A stretch of 64,000 bases of DNA from Promethearchaeota archaeon (GCA_048938855.1 JBHLLT010000013.1:1-64000), one strand, 5' to 3'. Counted from the first letter of the stretch, positions 1 through 10,683 are shown. The notes: generated from the letters alone by a model not told the origin. Numbers and translations: made by a program.

Positions 1-567
1 GAAATTTCTAAACTTGTGAAAAGAGCATGGAAAGCGAATGTTCAGGTCATGGTTGAAGGACCTGGTCATATTCCTGCCAATGAAATAGAGAGAAATATTA
101 AATTACAAAAATCCTTATGCGATGAAGCTCCTTTTTATGTTCTAGGGCCATTAGTTACTGATATTGCACCTGGTTATGATGATCTTGTAAGCGCAATTGG
201 TGGAACCATTGCGGGATTAGCTGGAGCAGATTATTTATGTTATGTAACCCCTTCAGAACATCTAGGACTTCCCACAAAAGAGGAAGTTAAAAAAGGTGTA
301 ATTGCTTCTAAAATTGCCGCTCACGCCGTAAATATTGCTAAATATGGTAAAAGAGCTTCAAATTGGGATTTCAAAATGGATATAGCTCGCAAAAATTTAG
401 ATTGGGAGGGAATGATTAATCATTCCATCGACCCAGAATTAGCAAAAGAAGTTCATTATAGAAATGGAAATGCTATAGATAATGAAGTTTGCAGTATGTG
501 CGGAGAATTTTGTGCGATAAAACTATTAAAGGACGCATTAGAAAACAAAAAAAAGCATAAAAAATGA
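1..567 (+). CDS. thiC: Phosphomethylpyrimidine synthase ThiC, C-terminal part (5' end lies outside the window)
   Basis: [35 protein letters not shown] and the Fe-S motif CSMCGEFC; the frame is open to the window edge. Confidence 0.95.
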   Translation, partial: EISKLVKRAWKANVQVMVEGPGHIPANEIERNIKLQKSLCDEAPFYVLGPLVTDIAPGYDDLVSAIGGTIAGLAGADYLCYVTPSEHLGLPTKEEVKKGVIASKIAAHAVNIAKYGKRASNWDFKMDIARKNLDWEGMINHSIDPELAKEVHYRNGNAIDNEVCSMCGEFCAIKLLKDALENKKKHKK

Positions 568-580
568 AATTATTATCTAA

Positions 581-1261
581 TTATTTTATTTTTAAAGCAT
601 TTGGACATTTTTTACGACATAAATTACATCTTTTAAGTGTATAACCTTTTTCAGTCTTATATATTGATTGTTGCCTACATAATTTTTGATTAACTGTGAT
701 TCCATCTAATGCTCCTTGAGGACATGAATCTAGACAAATTTGACAATCAGTTAAACATCCTTCATAACTAGCTAAAGGATCTTCATCTAAGTTTACATTT
801 ACTAATACTGCTCCAAGTTGAATCATGTTTCCATACTCCTTATTCATAAGTAAAGTATTTTTTCCTAGAATTCCTAATCCTGCAAGATAACCTGCGTGTC
901 TTAATGATAAAATAGCTCTGCCATAGGATCTTTCAGGCTCCCAATGTTCATATGGATCATCAGTTGGAATAGGAACACAGCCTATGTCTAATTCTTCAAA
1001 CATTTTTACAATTTTTATAGTTAATGCATCGACTTGATTGATTAATATTGTGCTAAAATGAGAGTAGGGTACTAAATTAGTGGCTGAGAGTAATGATTGC
1101 GGGACTTTAATAGCAAAAATAATTATAGTTTTACAATCTTTATATATATCGAGAGGATGAAAACCATCAGGAGCATCATTAAATCTTTCAACTGGGGCAA
1201 AGCCACAAATATCTGCTCCTAACTCTTTAATTCTTTCTTTAATCATTTGAGAATCTATCAA
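581..1261 (-). CDS. QueG/reductive dehalogenase-like 4Fe-4S protein (epoxyqueuosine reductase family)
   Basis: GADICGFAP N-terminus, LSLRHAGYLAGLGILGKN, CxxCxxCxxxCP and C-terminal CxxCxxxCP. Confidence 0.75.
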   Translation of the reverse strand: MIDSQMIKERIKELGADICGFAPVERFNDAPDGFHPLDIYKDCKTIIIFAIKVPQSLLSATNLVPYSHFSTILINQVDALTIKIVKMFEELDIGCVPIPTDDPYEHWEPERSYGRAILSLRHAGYLAGLGILGKNTLLMNKEYGNMIQLGAVLVNVNLDEDPLASYEGCLTDCQICLDSCPQGALDGITVNQKLCRQQSIYKTEKGYTLKRCNLCRKKCPNALKIK

Positions 1262-1319
1262 TATGCATAATAGTTTATTTTAGTATCTAATAAACATAGG
1301 AATTACTTAACCTTATTAA

Positions 1320-2720
1320 TCAAGATATCGCATCAAGTATTTTCTTAATTTTCTTTATCATATCCTTTGAATTTTTACCAAATAATCTAATCATTGGTTC
1401 CTTTCCTATAGCCCCCTTATCCCAGATAATATCAGGAATTCTACCTGTTCTTTCTGAACTTTCTTTAATTAACCATTGCATGGTAGAAAATTCTTCTTTT
1501 TTAATTTCTTCTGGTTGTTCTTCCCTGATAATTTCCTTTAATTCTAAATCAGTTCCTTTCTGAATCATAGATATCCAATCGAAATTATATTTTAAATTCA
1601 TTACAATATTAACAGAATTATCAAAATCTTTTGCAGATAGGATTAATCGAGCAGTATGATCAGATGCACCAAATTTAATTTCTCCAGAAGCTTTTGGAAA
1701 ATTGTTAACAATTGTAATTCTTCCATCCACTCCAGCAATTTCCTCTTTTCTAATAGCATTTGGAAGCGATGCAGAGATATTCATTCTAACTTCGGGAATA
1801 AATTTACTGAATTCTTTTGATTGAGAGATAAAATTATAGACTTCTTTGATTTGTTCTATAACTTTTAATCGCTCATCAGAGATTGTTAAATCCATCATTT
1901 TACCATTATCAGGCAATTCTATAAACATTTGAAACTTTTTGTCAAAGAACTTTTCCGCTTTATCAATTGCTTTCTCAATTGAGTAACTCTTAGCTAAGAA
2001 AGCTGTAATTGCGGATGAAAAAACACAGCCAGTCCCGTGAATGTTCCCTTTAAAATTGACTTTTTTTTTTTTATAAAATTGAGATTCTTTTTTCATTTGA
2101 CCATTTATATCTTTATTAATGAACACAAAATCATAAATATCATCGCTTTTGCTTCCAATGCTTTTAATAACTACTGCTTTTTCAATGTTCTTAGAATCTT
2201 CATTAAAATATAATTTATTAAGTAAAATTTCCCCAGCTTCTTGTAGTTCATCAACATTTTCATTTGAAATATCTGCCAAATTCATTTTTGAATAGTAAGA
2301 AGCTTCTTGTATATTAGGTGTGATTATTTTTACATAAGGAAAAAGATTTCTTTCAATTTTTAATTCCAATCCTTCACTAGAAAGTCTTTCTCCTGCACTA
2401 GCAGTTGAAATTGGGTCGAGAATAGTTTTTAGTTTATAATTTTTAATATATTTTACAATTATATCTATTGTTTTAGCATCTGGAATCATCCCAATTTTTA
2501 TAAATTTTATTGGATAAACTGTTAATATTGCGTCTAATTGACTATCTAATTCATCAGAAAGAGATCTATATCCAATAAACTTCTTAGCTGTTTGATATGT
2601 AATCGCAGTGATTACAGAAAAAGGATGTACTCCACATCTATCAAAAGTCCTTATATCTGCTTGAATTCCCGCTCCTGAAGTAGGATCTGAACCCGCGATC
2701 GTTAAACATATGGGCTTCAT
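1320..2720 (-). CDS. thiDN: Bifunctional HMP/HMP-P kinase fused to thiamine-phosphate synthase ThiN
   Basis: LTIAGSDPTSGAGIQAD, KIGM and HGTGC (ThiD); IPEVRMNI, GVDGRI, FGASDH and GKEPMIRLFG (ThiN). Confidence 0.92.
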   Translation of the reverse strand: MKPICLTIAGSDPTSGAGIQADIRTFDRCGVHPFSVITAITYQTAKKFIGYRSLSDELDSQLDAILTVYPIKFIKIGMIPDAKTIDIIVKYIKNYKLKTILDPISTASAGERLSSEGLELKIERNLFPYVKIITPNIQEASYYSKMNLADISNENVDELQEAGEILLNKLYFNEDSKNIEKAVVIKSIGSKSDDIYDFVFINKDINGQMKKESQFYKKKKVNFKGNIHGTGCVFSSAITAFLAKSYSIEKAIDKAEKFFDKKFQMFIELPDNGKMMDLTISDERLKVIEQIKEVYNFISQSKEFSKFIPEVRMNISASLPNAIRKEEIAGVDGRITIVNNFPKASGEIKFGASDHTARLILSAKDFDNSVNIVMNLKYNFDWISMIQKGTDLELKEIIREEQPEEIKKEEFSTMQWLIKESSERTGRIPDIIWDKGAIGKEPMIRLFGKNSKDMIKKIKKILDAIS

Positions 2721-3017
2721 AATAATTATAGGTTAAAGAGAAATAAAATCATTTACTTTCGTTAATTTAAAAATAATTTTCAAGATTAGAAATAAGACGC
2801 ATTTCTAAATTATATTTATTAAAAATTAGCAATATAGTATATAGAAAAAAAATTGTTTGGGAATTTTATAAAAGGGTAATTTATTTTGTAGATTATGTTC
2901 AGATTTCAGGCACTTATAAGAAATTAATGGATGGATCTTTTATAGATTGGAAAAGTTTAAATTTAGTTTAAGAATATTCAATTTTGTATAAATCCAATTA
3001 TAATATATCAATAAGAG

Positions 3018-3446
3018 ATGAGGATTTTCAATAAAATAATATTTATACCTATAGGAGCTTGTTTAGGTTTATTTGTAGGATATTTAACAGGATTTATTTC
3101 GATAATTATTTATAATATACCCCCTATGGTAGGATGGTGGGGATACGATATCGTTGGAGGAATCGCGGGTTTTTTTATCGGTACTATTGTAAGTATTATT
3201 ATAATTATTATAATCCGAAGAACCAAAAAACCAAGAGATAAAGGATTTAAAAAAAAAAGGAATGTCATAGCAATAATTTTAAGCATAATAATATGGTTAA
3301 CACTTTATATATGGTCAATGCTTAATATGATGGGGGTTATTAATTTACATTTCTTAACATATCCACTGATTATCAGCATAGTGTTAATTATTTATGTGGT
3401 AGCAATAATTTTGATTGAAAAAAAAAGAACTCGCCTAAGAACATAG
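3018..3446 (+). CDS. Hypothetical membrane protein (about 4 TM helices)
   Basis: Four hydrophobic segments separated by a basic loop. Confidence 0.65.
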   Translation: MRIFNKIIFIPIGACLGLFVGYLTGFISIIIYNIPPMVGWWGYDIVGGIAGFFIGTIVSIIIIIIIRRTKKPRDKGFKKKRNVIAIILSIIIWLTLYIWSMLNMMGVINLHFLTYPLIISIVLIIYVVAIILIEKKRTRLRT

Positions 3447-3483
3447 GGATTTCATACACATTATAGGTTTAAAGACAATAAAT

Positions 3484-4068
3484 TTATTTACCTTCTTTAA
3501 TTCGCTCATAAGCCCATTGAGCCTTATCTTTAAGACCAATTTTCTCATAAGCATTACCTAATAGCAGAAATCCATCTGGATAGTCAAATCTTACTTTTAC
3601 TAATTTAAATAAGAAATTTATTGCTAAATCATATCTCCCTTTTAAGAGATTAACTTTACCTAATAAAAAAAGAATTTTCATATTGTTGTCATCAATCGCA
3701 GCTTCACTGTAAGAATCAAGAAGTTTACCAATTGCCTCCTCATATTTTTCTTCTTCCATGAGTTTTTCAATTGTTTCAATGAATTTTAAAAATACTACTT
3801 TATCAGCAACCTCTCGCATTTTTTTCATTGCCTCTTTCTGCATTTCCTTATCTAATGCATCTTGTTTTTCTCTTTCTTTTTCTTCTTTGTAATCTTTGAA
3901 TTGATCAATTACACTTTGAGGATATGGTTCATTGCATAATGGACAATTGTGCGAATGTAATAACCATTCTGCTAAACAGGTTTTGTGGACAAGGTGTAAA
4001 TTTTCACAGCTTTTGAAAGAGTCTGTGTGTTCATTTATATTCAAATGGCAAATTATACAAGAAGGCAT
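3484..4068 (-). CDS. RING-H2 zinc finger + coiled coil + TPR protein (putative E3 ligase)
   Basis: CIIC...CENLHLVHKTC...W...CPLC; C-terminal TPR-like helices (LFLLGKVNLLKGRYDLAI, GFLLLGNAYEKIG); ATG at 4068 preferred over the ORF-track start at 4110. Confidence 0.8.
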   Translation of the reverse strand: MPSCIICHLNINEHTDSFKSCENLHLVHKTCLAEWLLHSHNCPLCNEPYPQSVIDQFKDYKEEKEREKQDALDKEMQKEAMKKMREVADKVVFLKFIETIEKLMEEEKYEEAIGKLLDSYSEAAIDDNNMKILFLLGKVNLLKGRYDLAINFLFKLVKVRFDYPDGFLLLGNAYEKIGLKDKAQWAYERIKEGK

Positions 4069-4311
4069 TGTTAAATATATTCTTATTTTGAGTGGTTTAA
4101 TACAAACCAATTAATATAATTAAATAAAAATACTAACTATTTTTAAGAATTTGCATAACTTAGACTACTAATAATATATAAAAATAAATAAAACTGATAG
4201 TTATAATCTAAATTGTAACTTTCCCAAGATAAATATATAAAAAGAACTATTTTTATTATAAGTGTAAATACTCTTTTAGGCTATTACATTTTATAAAGGG
4301 TAGAAAATCAT

Positions 4312-5898
4312 ATGTCTATAAATAGAAATGCACTTTTCACAGAATTATTCAGCCAATTTTTAGATATAAATAATGATGTTGAAGCAGTTATAGTAAGTGA
4401 CAAACAAGGATTAGTAATTGCTGGTGAAAAAAGAACAGAAGTTGATATGGAGATTGTAAGCGTGTTAACTTCAATTATCAATCCCATTATTGAACGTATT
4501 CGAGATGAGTTCATGTTTAAAAAATTTGGAACTGCCAGCTTCGACACGGATCTCTATCGACTTCTATTCATATCTTTGGATGAACAGAGAACATTAAGTA
4601 TTGTGCTAAATAATTTAGCCTCTATAGATAAAGCATCACCTTATGCATATCTACTTGCTGAAAAGTCTGTTCAAATACTTAATGCGAATGAGGGTGATTA
4701 TCTGCAGCTAAATATCCCTAGTTTTGAATATGAAATCGATGAATCAGCATATTCTGATAGGTTGAGAAATCAAATTTATCAAATGCGGTTAGATCAGGGT
4801 GGGAAATACCGATTTAAATTCTCAATTATTGGTAATCATGAAGTAGGCAAGACATCTTTAGTTCGGCGCTTCGTGGAAAATCGTTTCTCGCATGATTATC
4901 GTGCTACTATAGGACTCAATATTTTATCTCATTCAATTGAATTTTTTGGAAATGAAATTATATATAGTTTGTGGGATGTGGGAGCGCAGCAATATTTTAA
5001 GAGATTTCGCCAAACCTATTATCTCGGTACACAAGCAGCATTTATAGTTTTTGATCTTACAAATAGAAAATCTTTTGAAAGTGTTACAGAATGGTATACT
5101 GAGTTAGAAGAATTTATTGGGGGTAGAGAAATTCCAATCATTATTATTGGAAACAAAACAGATTTAGCAGATCAACGAGTTATTGAATATCAGGAAGGAG
5201 TAGATTTGGTTAGTGAGTTGTCTCAGAAACCTAATATTAAGATCTCATATATTGAAACGAGTGCTCTTTCGGGAGAGAATGTCGAAGATGCATTTACATT
5301 AATAGCCTACCATTATATTTCAAAAAGTAAAGAAGATGAAGAAGAGATAGTTAAACAAGATCTAATAGAAGAACTCAATTCTATCTTGAGAGAAAAAAAA
5401 GTAATAGGAGAAGAATTTGATTCACTGTTAACTTTAACAATAATTTCAGAAAATGAATTTTGGTCACCAGGACTGCAAATCCTTTCAGAAATCAATAATT
5501 TGAGTAATTGTGAGAAAATTAAAGATGAGCGAGAAGAAAAAGTATATAACTTCTCAAACGGAGTTATTTTAAAGAATTATCTTTACCATAACTTTGAGGT
5601 TACTGATTCTGATGGTGTTTTTTGCATTTTTGACGCCAGAGATAAGGATCATATAGATCCAGATTGGAAAGATGTTGTTATTAAAATTATTAATGACATT
5701 GGAAAGAATAAAGTTGTATTAATTGGGATTAGAGTTTCAGATAGAAGCGATTGGTCGGCAATTATGGAGGAATTTAATGTTAATGAATTATTGGAACAAA
5801 AGATGGTATCTTTATTATTTTTTAAATTAGGGCTCGAGTATAGGCTAGAAATATATGATCAACTGAAAGTAATGTTGAATACAATAAGATACTTTTAA
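4312..5898 (+). CDS. Roadblock/LC7 domain + Rab-like small GTPase + degenerate G-domain-like C-terminus (paralogue 1)
   Basis: VEAVIVSDKQGLVIA (roadblock); GNHEVGKTS, YRATIG, WDVGAQ, GNKTD, ETSAL. Confidence 0.88.
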   Translation: MSINRNALFTELFSQFLDINNDVEAVIVSDKQGLVIAGEKRTEVDMEIVSVLTSIINPIIERIRDEFMFKKFGTASFDTDLYRLLFISLDEQRTLSIVLNNLASIDKASPYAYLLAEKSVQILNANEGDYLQLNIPSFEYEIDESAYSDRLRNQIYQMRLDQGGKYRFKFSIIGNHEVGKTSLVRRFVENRFSHDYRATIGLNILSHSIEFFGNEIIYSLWDVGAQQYFKRFRQTYYLGTQAAFIVFDLTNRKSFESVTEWYTELEEFIGGREIPIIIIGNKTDLADQRVIEYQEGVDLVSELSQKPNIKISYIETSALSGENVEDAFTLIAYHYISKSKEDEEEIVKQDLIEELNSILREKKVIGEEFDSLLTLTIISENEFWSPGLQILSEINNLSNCEKIKDEREEKVYNFSNGVILKNYLYHNFEVTDSDGVFCIFDARDKDHIDPDWKDVVIKIINDIGKNKVVLIGIRVSDRSDWSAIMEEFNVNELLEQKMVSLLFFKLGLEYRLEIYDQLKVMLNTIRYF

Positions 5899-6035
5899 CA
5901 AATTACATTTTAAATTATAAAACCTAAAGAATTTTTCTTTTACTTATAATCAAGAATAAAAATACTTATTTTATATTTAATATAAATAATAGAATACGAT
6001 CAAATCAAAAATATATTTTAGGAGTAAAGGAGCAT

Positions 6036-7595
6036 TTGCCAATACAAAAGAATAAGCTCTTTAGGGAGTTGTTCAGTAAATTCTTAGAAAATAATAAAGA
6101 AGTAATAGCTATTATCATATCAGATTCAGAAGGTTTGATAATTGCGGGAGAAAAGAGGAAAGATATTGATATGGAGTTAGTTTCTGTTCTAACTTCTATT
6201 ATCAATCCTATATTAAGTCGGATGCGAAATGAATTTGATTTTCAACAGTTTGGGCTTACTAGTTTTGATACGGAAGACCACCGCATTCTATTTATTTCAG
6301 TCGATGAGGAAAGAGTTTTAAGCATTGTGTTAGAAAGCTTTGCTTCAACTGATAAAATGTCTCCATATGGGCTTTTTCTTGCTGAAAAGACAGCACAAAT
6401 TCTAACTGCCGAAGAACATGATTTAATTCAGACCTCTATCCCTAATTTCGAGTATGAAGCGGGAAATGCTGAACGATTGAAAAATCAATTGTACCAAATG
6501 CAATTGGGTGTAGGTGGTGAATATCGTTTTAAATTTGTTATTCTCGGTGATTTTAAAGTAGGTAAAACTTCCATCATAAGAAGATTCGTGGAAAAAAGAT
6601 ATACAACTGATTATAGAGCGACTATTGGACTTAATGTTTTATCTCACGAATTTACTTTTTTTGGTAATCAAATCGGTGTGACTCTCTATGATATCGGAGC
6701 TCAAAAATTCTTCCGTCGTTTTCGTAAAGTGTACTATTCAGGAACTCAAGCAACGTTTATTGTATTTGATCTTACAAATCGAGAGTCATTTGAAAATATC
6801 AAAAATTGGTATGAAGAATTGAAACTCTTTACACCTGGTGAAGATATTCCCATAGTAATAGTCGGAAACAAAACCGATCTAATTGAAGAAAGAAAAGTTT
6901 TTTATCAAGAAGGTGCTAAAATAGCCAATACATTATCTAAAACCGAAAAGATAAAAATTTCTTATATTGAAACCAGCGCGTTAACAGGAAGCAATGTAGA
7001 GGATGCTTTTAATTTAATTTCCTATCATTATGTGATGAAAAGCAAGGAAATCGAAGAAGAAAGACGTGGAGATATTCTTTTTGATGTTATCAATTCTATA
7101 TTGAAAAAGAAAATTGTTTTAACTTTATCTTTAATAACTGAAAACGTACAATGGAGTCCCGGTTTACAAATTATAACGAATATTCAAAAATTAGGAACAA
7201 AATCTCTTATTAGAGACTATGATGATGAAGAAGTTTATCAGTTTACAAATGGTTTGATTTTAAAACAACATGAATATTCTTCTATTGATGATGTTTCCAG
7301 TTCTGATGGAATATTTTGTATTTTTGATGCCCGAGTAGAAGTTATCGAATATATAAAATGGAAGGAGTTAATTATAAAAATCATAAAAAATGCGAAAGAG
7401 AATGGAGTAATTTTGATTGGGATTAGAGCTTCTGAGAGCACAAATTGGTCTGAAATAATTGAACATTTAAATATAAATGAACATCTTGAAAAAAAAGTGA
7501 TCGATCTCTTATTCTTTAGAATTGGTATGGATTTCAGACTTGATATTTTCGATCAACTGAAAGTAATGATTTCAGCTATAGATAATAAATATTAA
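6036..7595 (+). CDS. Roadblock/LC7 domain + Rab-like small GTPase + degenerate G-domain-like C-terminus (paralogue 2)
   Basis: AIIISDSEGLIIA; GDFKVGKTS, YRATIG, YDIGAQ, GNKTD, ETSAL; colinear with the upstream paralogue; GGAG before the TTG start. Confidence 0.88.
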   Translation: MPIQKNKLFRELFSKFLENNKEVIAIIISDSEGLIIAGEKRKDIDMELVSVLTSIINPILSRMRNEFDFQQFGLTSFDTEDHRILFISVDEERVLSIVLESFASTDKMSPYGLFLAEKTAQILTAEEHDLIQTSIPNFEYEAGNAERLKNQLYQMQLGVGGEYRFKFVILGDFKVGKTSIIRRFVEKRYTTDYRATIGLNVLSHEFTFFGNQIGVTLYDIGAQKFFRRFRKVYYSGTQATFIVFDLTNRESFENIKNWYEELKLFTPGEDIPIVIVGNKTDLIEERKVFYQEGAKIANTLSKTEKIKISYIETSALTGSNVEDAFNLISYHYVMKSKEIEEERRGDILFDVINSILKKKIVLTLSLITENVQWSPGLQIITNIQKLGTKSLIRDYDDEEVYQFTNGLILKQHEYSSIDDVSSSDGIFCIFDARVEVIEYIKWKELIIKIIKNAKENGVILIGIRASESTNWSEIIEHLNINEHLEKKVIDLLFFRIGMDFRLDIFDQLKVMISAIDNKY

Positions 7596-7596
7596 A

Positions 7597-8169
7597 GTGG
7601 ATTTTAAATTGGATATACAAATAAAAGTTTTAAGTCCAGAACTCGTTGATGATTTTCTCTTTTATTTCGATAATGTTGCATTTTCTGATAATCCAGATTG
7701 GGCTGCTTGTTATTGCCACTTTTATCATTTCAAAGGAAAGACCAAAGAATTTTCTAAGAGAAAGGCTAAAGATAATCGAGAATCCTCAAAAGAATTGATT
7801 TTATCAGGAAAGATGAATGGGCTTTTAGCATATTATGAGAATAAACCTGTAGGCTGGTGTAATGTTAATTCCAAGGAAAATTATAGTAAAATCCCTTTTA
7901 AAGAAGATTCTCAAAAGAAAATTGCTTCAATTATTTGCTTCATTATTGCTCCCTCATACAGAAAACATGGTTTAGCTAGAAAACTCTTAAGATATGCTTG
8001 TTCTAGTTCTCGAGATAAGGGTTACGATTTAGTCGAAGTTTATCCTCGTAAAGGTAAGAATTTATCTGATGCTCATAGTTATCGAGGCCCATCATCCCTA
8101 TATCTTTCTGAAGGCTTTTCTATTTATAAGGAATTTAAAGATTATTATGTAATGCGTAAAAATCTTTAA
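7597..8169 (+). CDS. GNAT family N-acetyltransferase
   Basis: WAACYCHFYH, KPVGWCN, CFIIAPSYRKHGLARKLL (acetyl-CoA motif A), EVYP, YLSEGF. Confidence 0.85.
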   Translation: MDFKLDIQIKVLSPELVDDFLFYFDNVAFSDNPDWAACYCHFYHFKGKTKEFSKRKAKDNRESSKELILSGKMNGLLAYYENKPVGWCNVNSKENYSKIPFKEDSQKKIASIICFIIAPSYRKHGLARKLLRYACSSSRDKGYDLVEVYPRKGKNLSDAHSYRGPSSLYLSEGFSIYKEFKDYYVMRKNL

Positions 8170-8477
8170 AAAACTGATTTATTTAATTTTATTTAAGGAA
8201 TTGGGGCGAAATTGTGGTTTTTTATTTCCTTCTAACAACATTTTCTAAGATCAAAAAAGATCTCAGATCTAAAGCCTCAGAACTATATCTACCGGCTTTC
8301 TTTTCAGACATCGCAATTCTATCGATCGGATGAAATTATTAACCGAAACATATTCTATCGGAAATTTAACGCAACTTTTAAATATTTGAAAGAAGTAATA
8401 TAACATAATAAAGTTCATATTGAAAAATTTGAACTTTTAGAACTCTTATTTAAAATCAAAAGTGGAGGAATATTTAA

Positions 8478-8693
8478 ATGGCTAAAAAAGTTTTTGCTTG
8501 GTCCCCAGTTCGTAAGTTAATGAAGGATAATGGTGCTGAAATGGTTGCCCGAGATGCTGTAGATGCCTTAATTGATTATTTAGAAAAGTTAGCTAAAGGC
8601 ATGACAAATAAAGCACTTGAAATGACCCGACATGCTGGAAGAAAGAAACTCACGCTTGAAGATATGGACTTGGCTATGAAAATCAAGATGTAG
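8478..8693 (+). CDS. Archaeal histone (HMf-like single histone fold, no tail)
   Basis: SPVRKLMKDNGAEMVARDA...HAGRKKLTLEDMDLA; GTGGAGG ribosome-binding site upstream. Confidence 0.92.
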   Translation: MAKKVFAWSPVRKLMKDNGAEMVARDAVDALIDYLEKLAKGMTNKALEMTRHAGRKKLTLEDMDLAMKIKM

Positions 8694-8831
8694 AAAATTG
8701 GGTATTAATTTAAAAATAATTCTTTTTTCTTTTTTATTTTACTTTTTTTATATGAAATTTAGCTAATCTTAAAATGTTAAAGATACATTAAGGTATCTTA
8801 ATTAAGAAATTAATTTTCAAGTAGTAAAATT

Positions 8832-9917
8832 ATGCCTATATTAGATAGATCAAAACTCCGTCCTGAAGTTCTTAAAAATATAGATAAAAGTGCAAAGATT
8901 CAATTGAAAGCTACTTTAGAATACCTTAAATTAGAAGAAAATAAAGGATTCAATCCACAACCCTATCTGCAAAAAACTGCAGAAGGAAATGAGAAATTTT
9001 TTGAGATGTTATCTAAGGATGAAGGAACTATAGAAGATTTTTATGGATTTTTTACTGATGAGGAGATGCTTAAGCTTGCTAAATTTTTCCGATTTGTTGT
9101 CAACTATACTATAGAGACAGAAGTAAAGCAGCATCCACTACCGGAAGATGTAAAAATAGAGGAAATCACAATTGATGGAGTCCCTGCTGAATGGCAAATA
9201 TTACCTGGAGTAAGTGAAGAGAGAGTTATTTTATACTTCCATGGAGGTGGTATGGTCTTAATGTCTCCTAAAACTCATCGAGCATTAACAATAGAGATAG
9301 CAAAACAGGCTAAAATGCGAGTGCTAAGCGTAGACTATCGTCTCTCGCCTGAATATTCTCACCCGGCGCCTTTAGAAGATTGTGTTAAATCGTATAAATG
9401 GCTTCTTTCACAAGGAATAAAAGCAGAAAATATTGTTATTATTGGAGACTCAGCGGGAGGTAATCTAACTTTGACTACACTAATACAATTAAGAGATGAA
9501 GGAATTAAACTACCTGCTGGTGCTGTAGCATTATCACCAGCTACTGATTTTACAAATGATAGTAAGTCATTTTATGAAAATGCTAAGACTGATCCAATTT
9601 TAGCAGATATAGGGGTATTTTGGTGGATAACAGCTTTTTTAGCGGGGGCAGATCCAACTAATCCACTGATTTCTCCATTATGCGCAGATTTGAAGGGCTT
9701 ACCCCCATTACTTATACAAGTGAGTACAAGTGAAATGCTCTACGATCATTCTACAAGATTCATAGAAAAGGCTAAAAATGCTGGTGTTGATGCAACATTA
9801 CAAGAATGGAAAGATACAATCCATGTCTTTCAGGGTTTTGGATCATACGATTTACCTGAGGCAAAAGAAGCTATAATTAAGATTGGAGAGTTTATACAGA
9901 AACTTTTTCAAAACTAA
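8832..9917 (+). CDS. Alpha/beta hydrolase, hormone-sensitive-lipase-type esterase
   Basis: HGGG oxyanion motif, VDYRLSPE, GDSAGG nucleophile, catalytic H in HVFQ. Confidence 0.92.
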   Translation: MPILDRSKLRPEVLKNIDKSAKIQLKATLEYLKLEENKGFNPQPYLQKTAEGNEKFFEMLSKDEGTIEDFYGFFTDEEMLKLAKFFRFVVNYTIETEVKQHPLPEDVKIEEITIDGVPAEWQILPGVSEERVILYFHGGGMVLMSPKTHRALTIEIAKQAKMRVLSVDYRLSPEYSHPAPLEDCVKSYKWLLSQGIKAENIVIIGDSAGGNLTLTTLIQLRDEGIKLPAGAVALSPATDFTNDSKSFYENAKTDPILADIGVFWWITAFLAGADPTNPLISPLCADLKGLPPLLIQVSTSEMLYDHSTRFIEKAKNAGVDATLQEWKDTIHVFQGFGSYDLPEAKEAIIKIGEFIQKLFQN

Positions 9918-10070
9918 GATTTTTTTTCTTAATTTTTGTAAATTCGAATGAAATTTCTTTAAAAATTATCTGTTTTTTAGGGAATAGTCCACAATATTCC
10001 CACATAGCCCAAACTTAATACTTGATGGCTCATTTATAGAATTACTAACTAAAAAAAAAATGTAATTAAT

Positions 10071-10640
10071 TTGAAAATGTCAGAAACAAAAGAAGATAAA
10101 CCATTACCATTTATAGAAGGAGAAAATATATCTCTTTGTGCTGCAAATGAAGATCATATTAACTTATATGCTGCATGGATGAATAATCCTCAAACCAGAA
10201 AGTATGCAAGATATGAAATGCCCCAAACTATTGAGGAAATTAAAAAACAATTTGAGCCAAAAAAAGAACCAGTTAAAAATGATATTTTTTTTGAAATTTG
10301 GCATAAAAAAGATAAAAAACCAATAGGTTATGCGAGGTTAATGAGGATAATGTGGTTTACGCGTAATGCTCATATTTACTTTCTCGTTGATCCAGAATAC
10401 TGGGGAAGAAATCTCGGAACCGAAGCAGGTAAGTTAGTTGTAGATTATGCTTATAAAGAATTGAATCTGCATAAAATAACGGCTCGCACTTTTGCACCAA
10501 ATAAAGCTTCTCAGAGAGTAGTAGAAAAAATAGGGTTTAAACATGAGATAACTCTTAAAAAGGAAGTTTATATAGATGGAGAGCATGTGGATGTTATTGA
10601 ATATGCTATCTTTAAGGATGATTGGATGAAATCTTTGTAA
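10071..10640 (+). CDS. RimJ/RimL-type GNAT acetyltransferase (array copy 1 of 6)
   Basis: FIEGENISL, IWHKKDKKPIG, YWGRNLGTEA, LNLHKI, NKASQRVVEKIGF. Confidence 0.88.
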   Translation: MKMSETKEDKPLPFIEGENISLCAANEDHINLYAAWMNNPQTRKYARYEMPQTIEEIKKQFEPKKEPVKNDIFFEIWHKKDKKPIGYARLMRIMWFTRNAHIYFLVDPEYWGRNLGTEAGKLVVDYAYKELNLHKITARTFAPNKASQRVVEKIGFKHEITLKKEVYIDGEHVDVIEYAIFKDDWMKSL

Positions 10641-10683
10641 TAATATTTCCATCATTTATGATCTATAAGATGAGGTTAACATT

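Noticed and set aside
2721-3017. TPP riboswitch upstream of thiDN, or a small ORF at about 2850..2971
   Set aside because: No CUGAGA-type TPP core is visible; the open frame has no convincing start codon and no recognisable motif.
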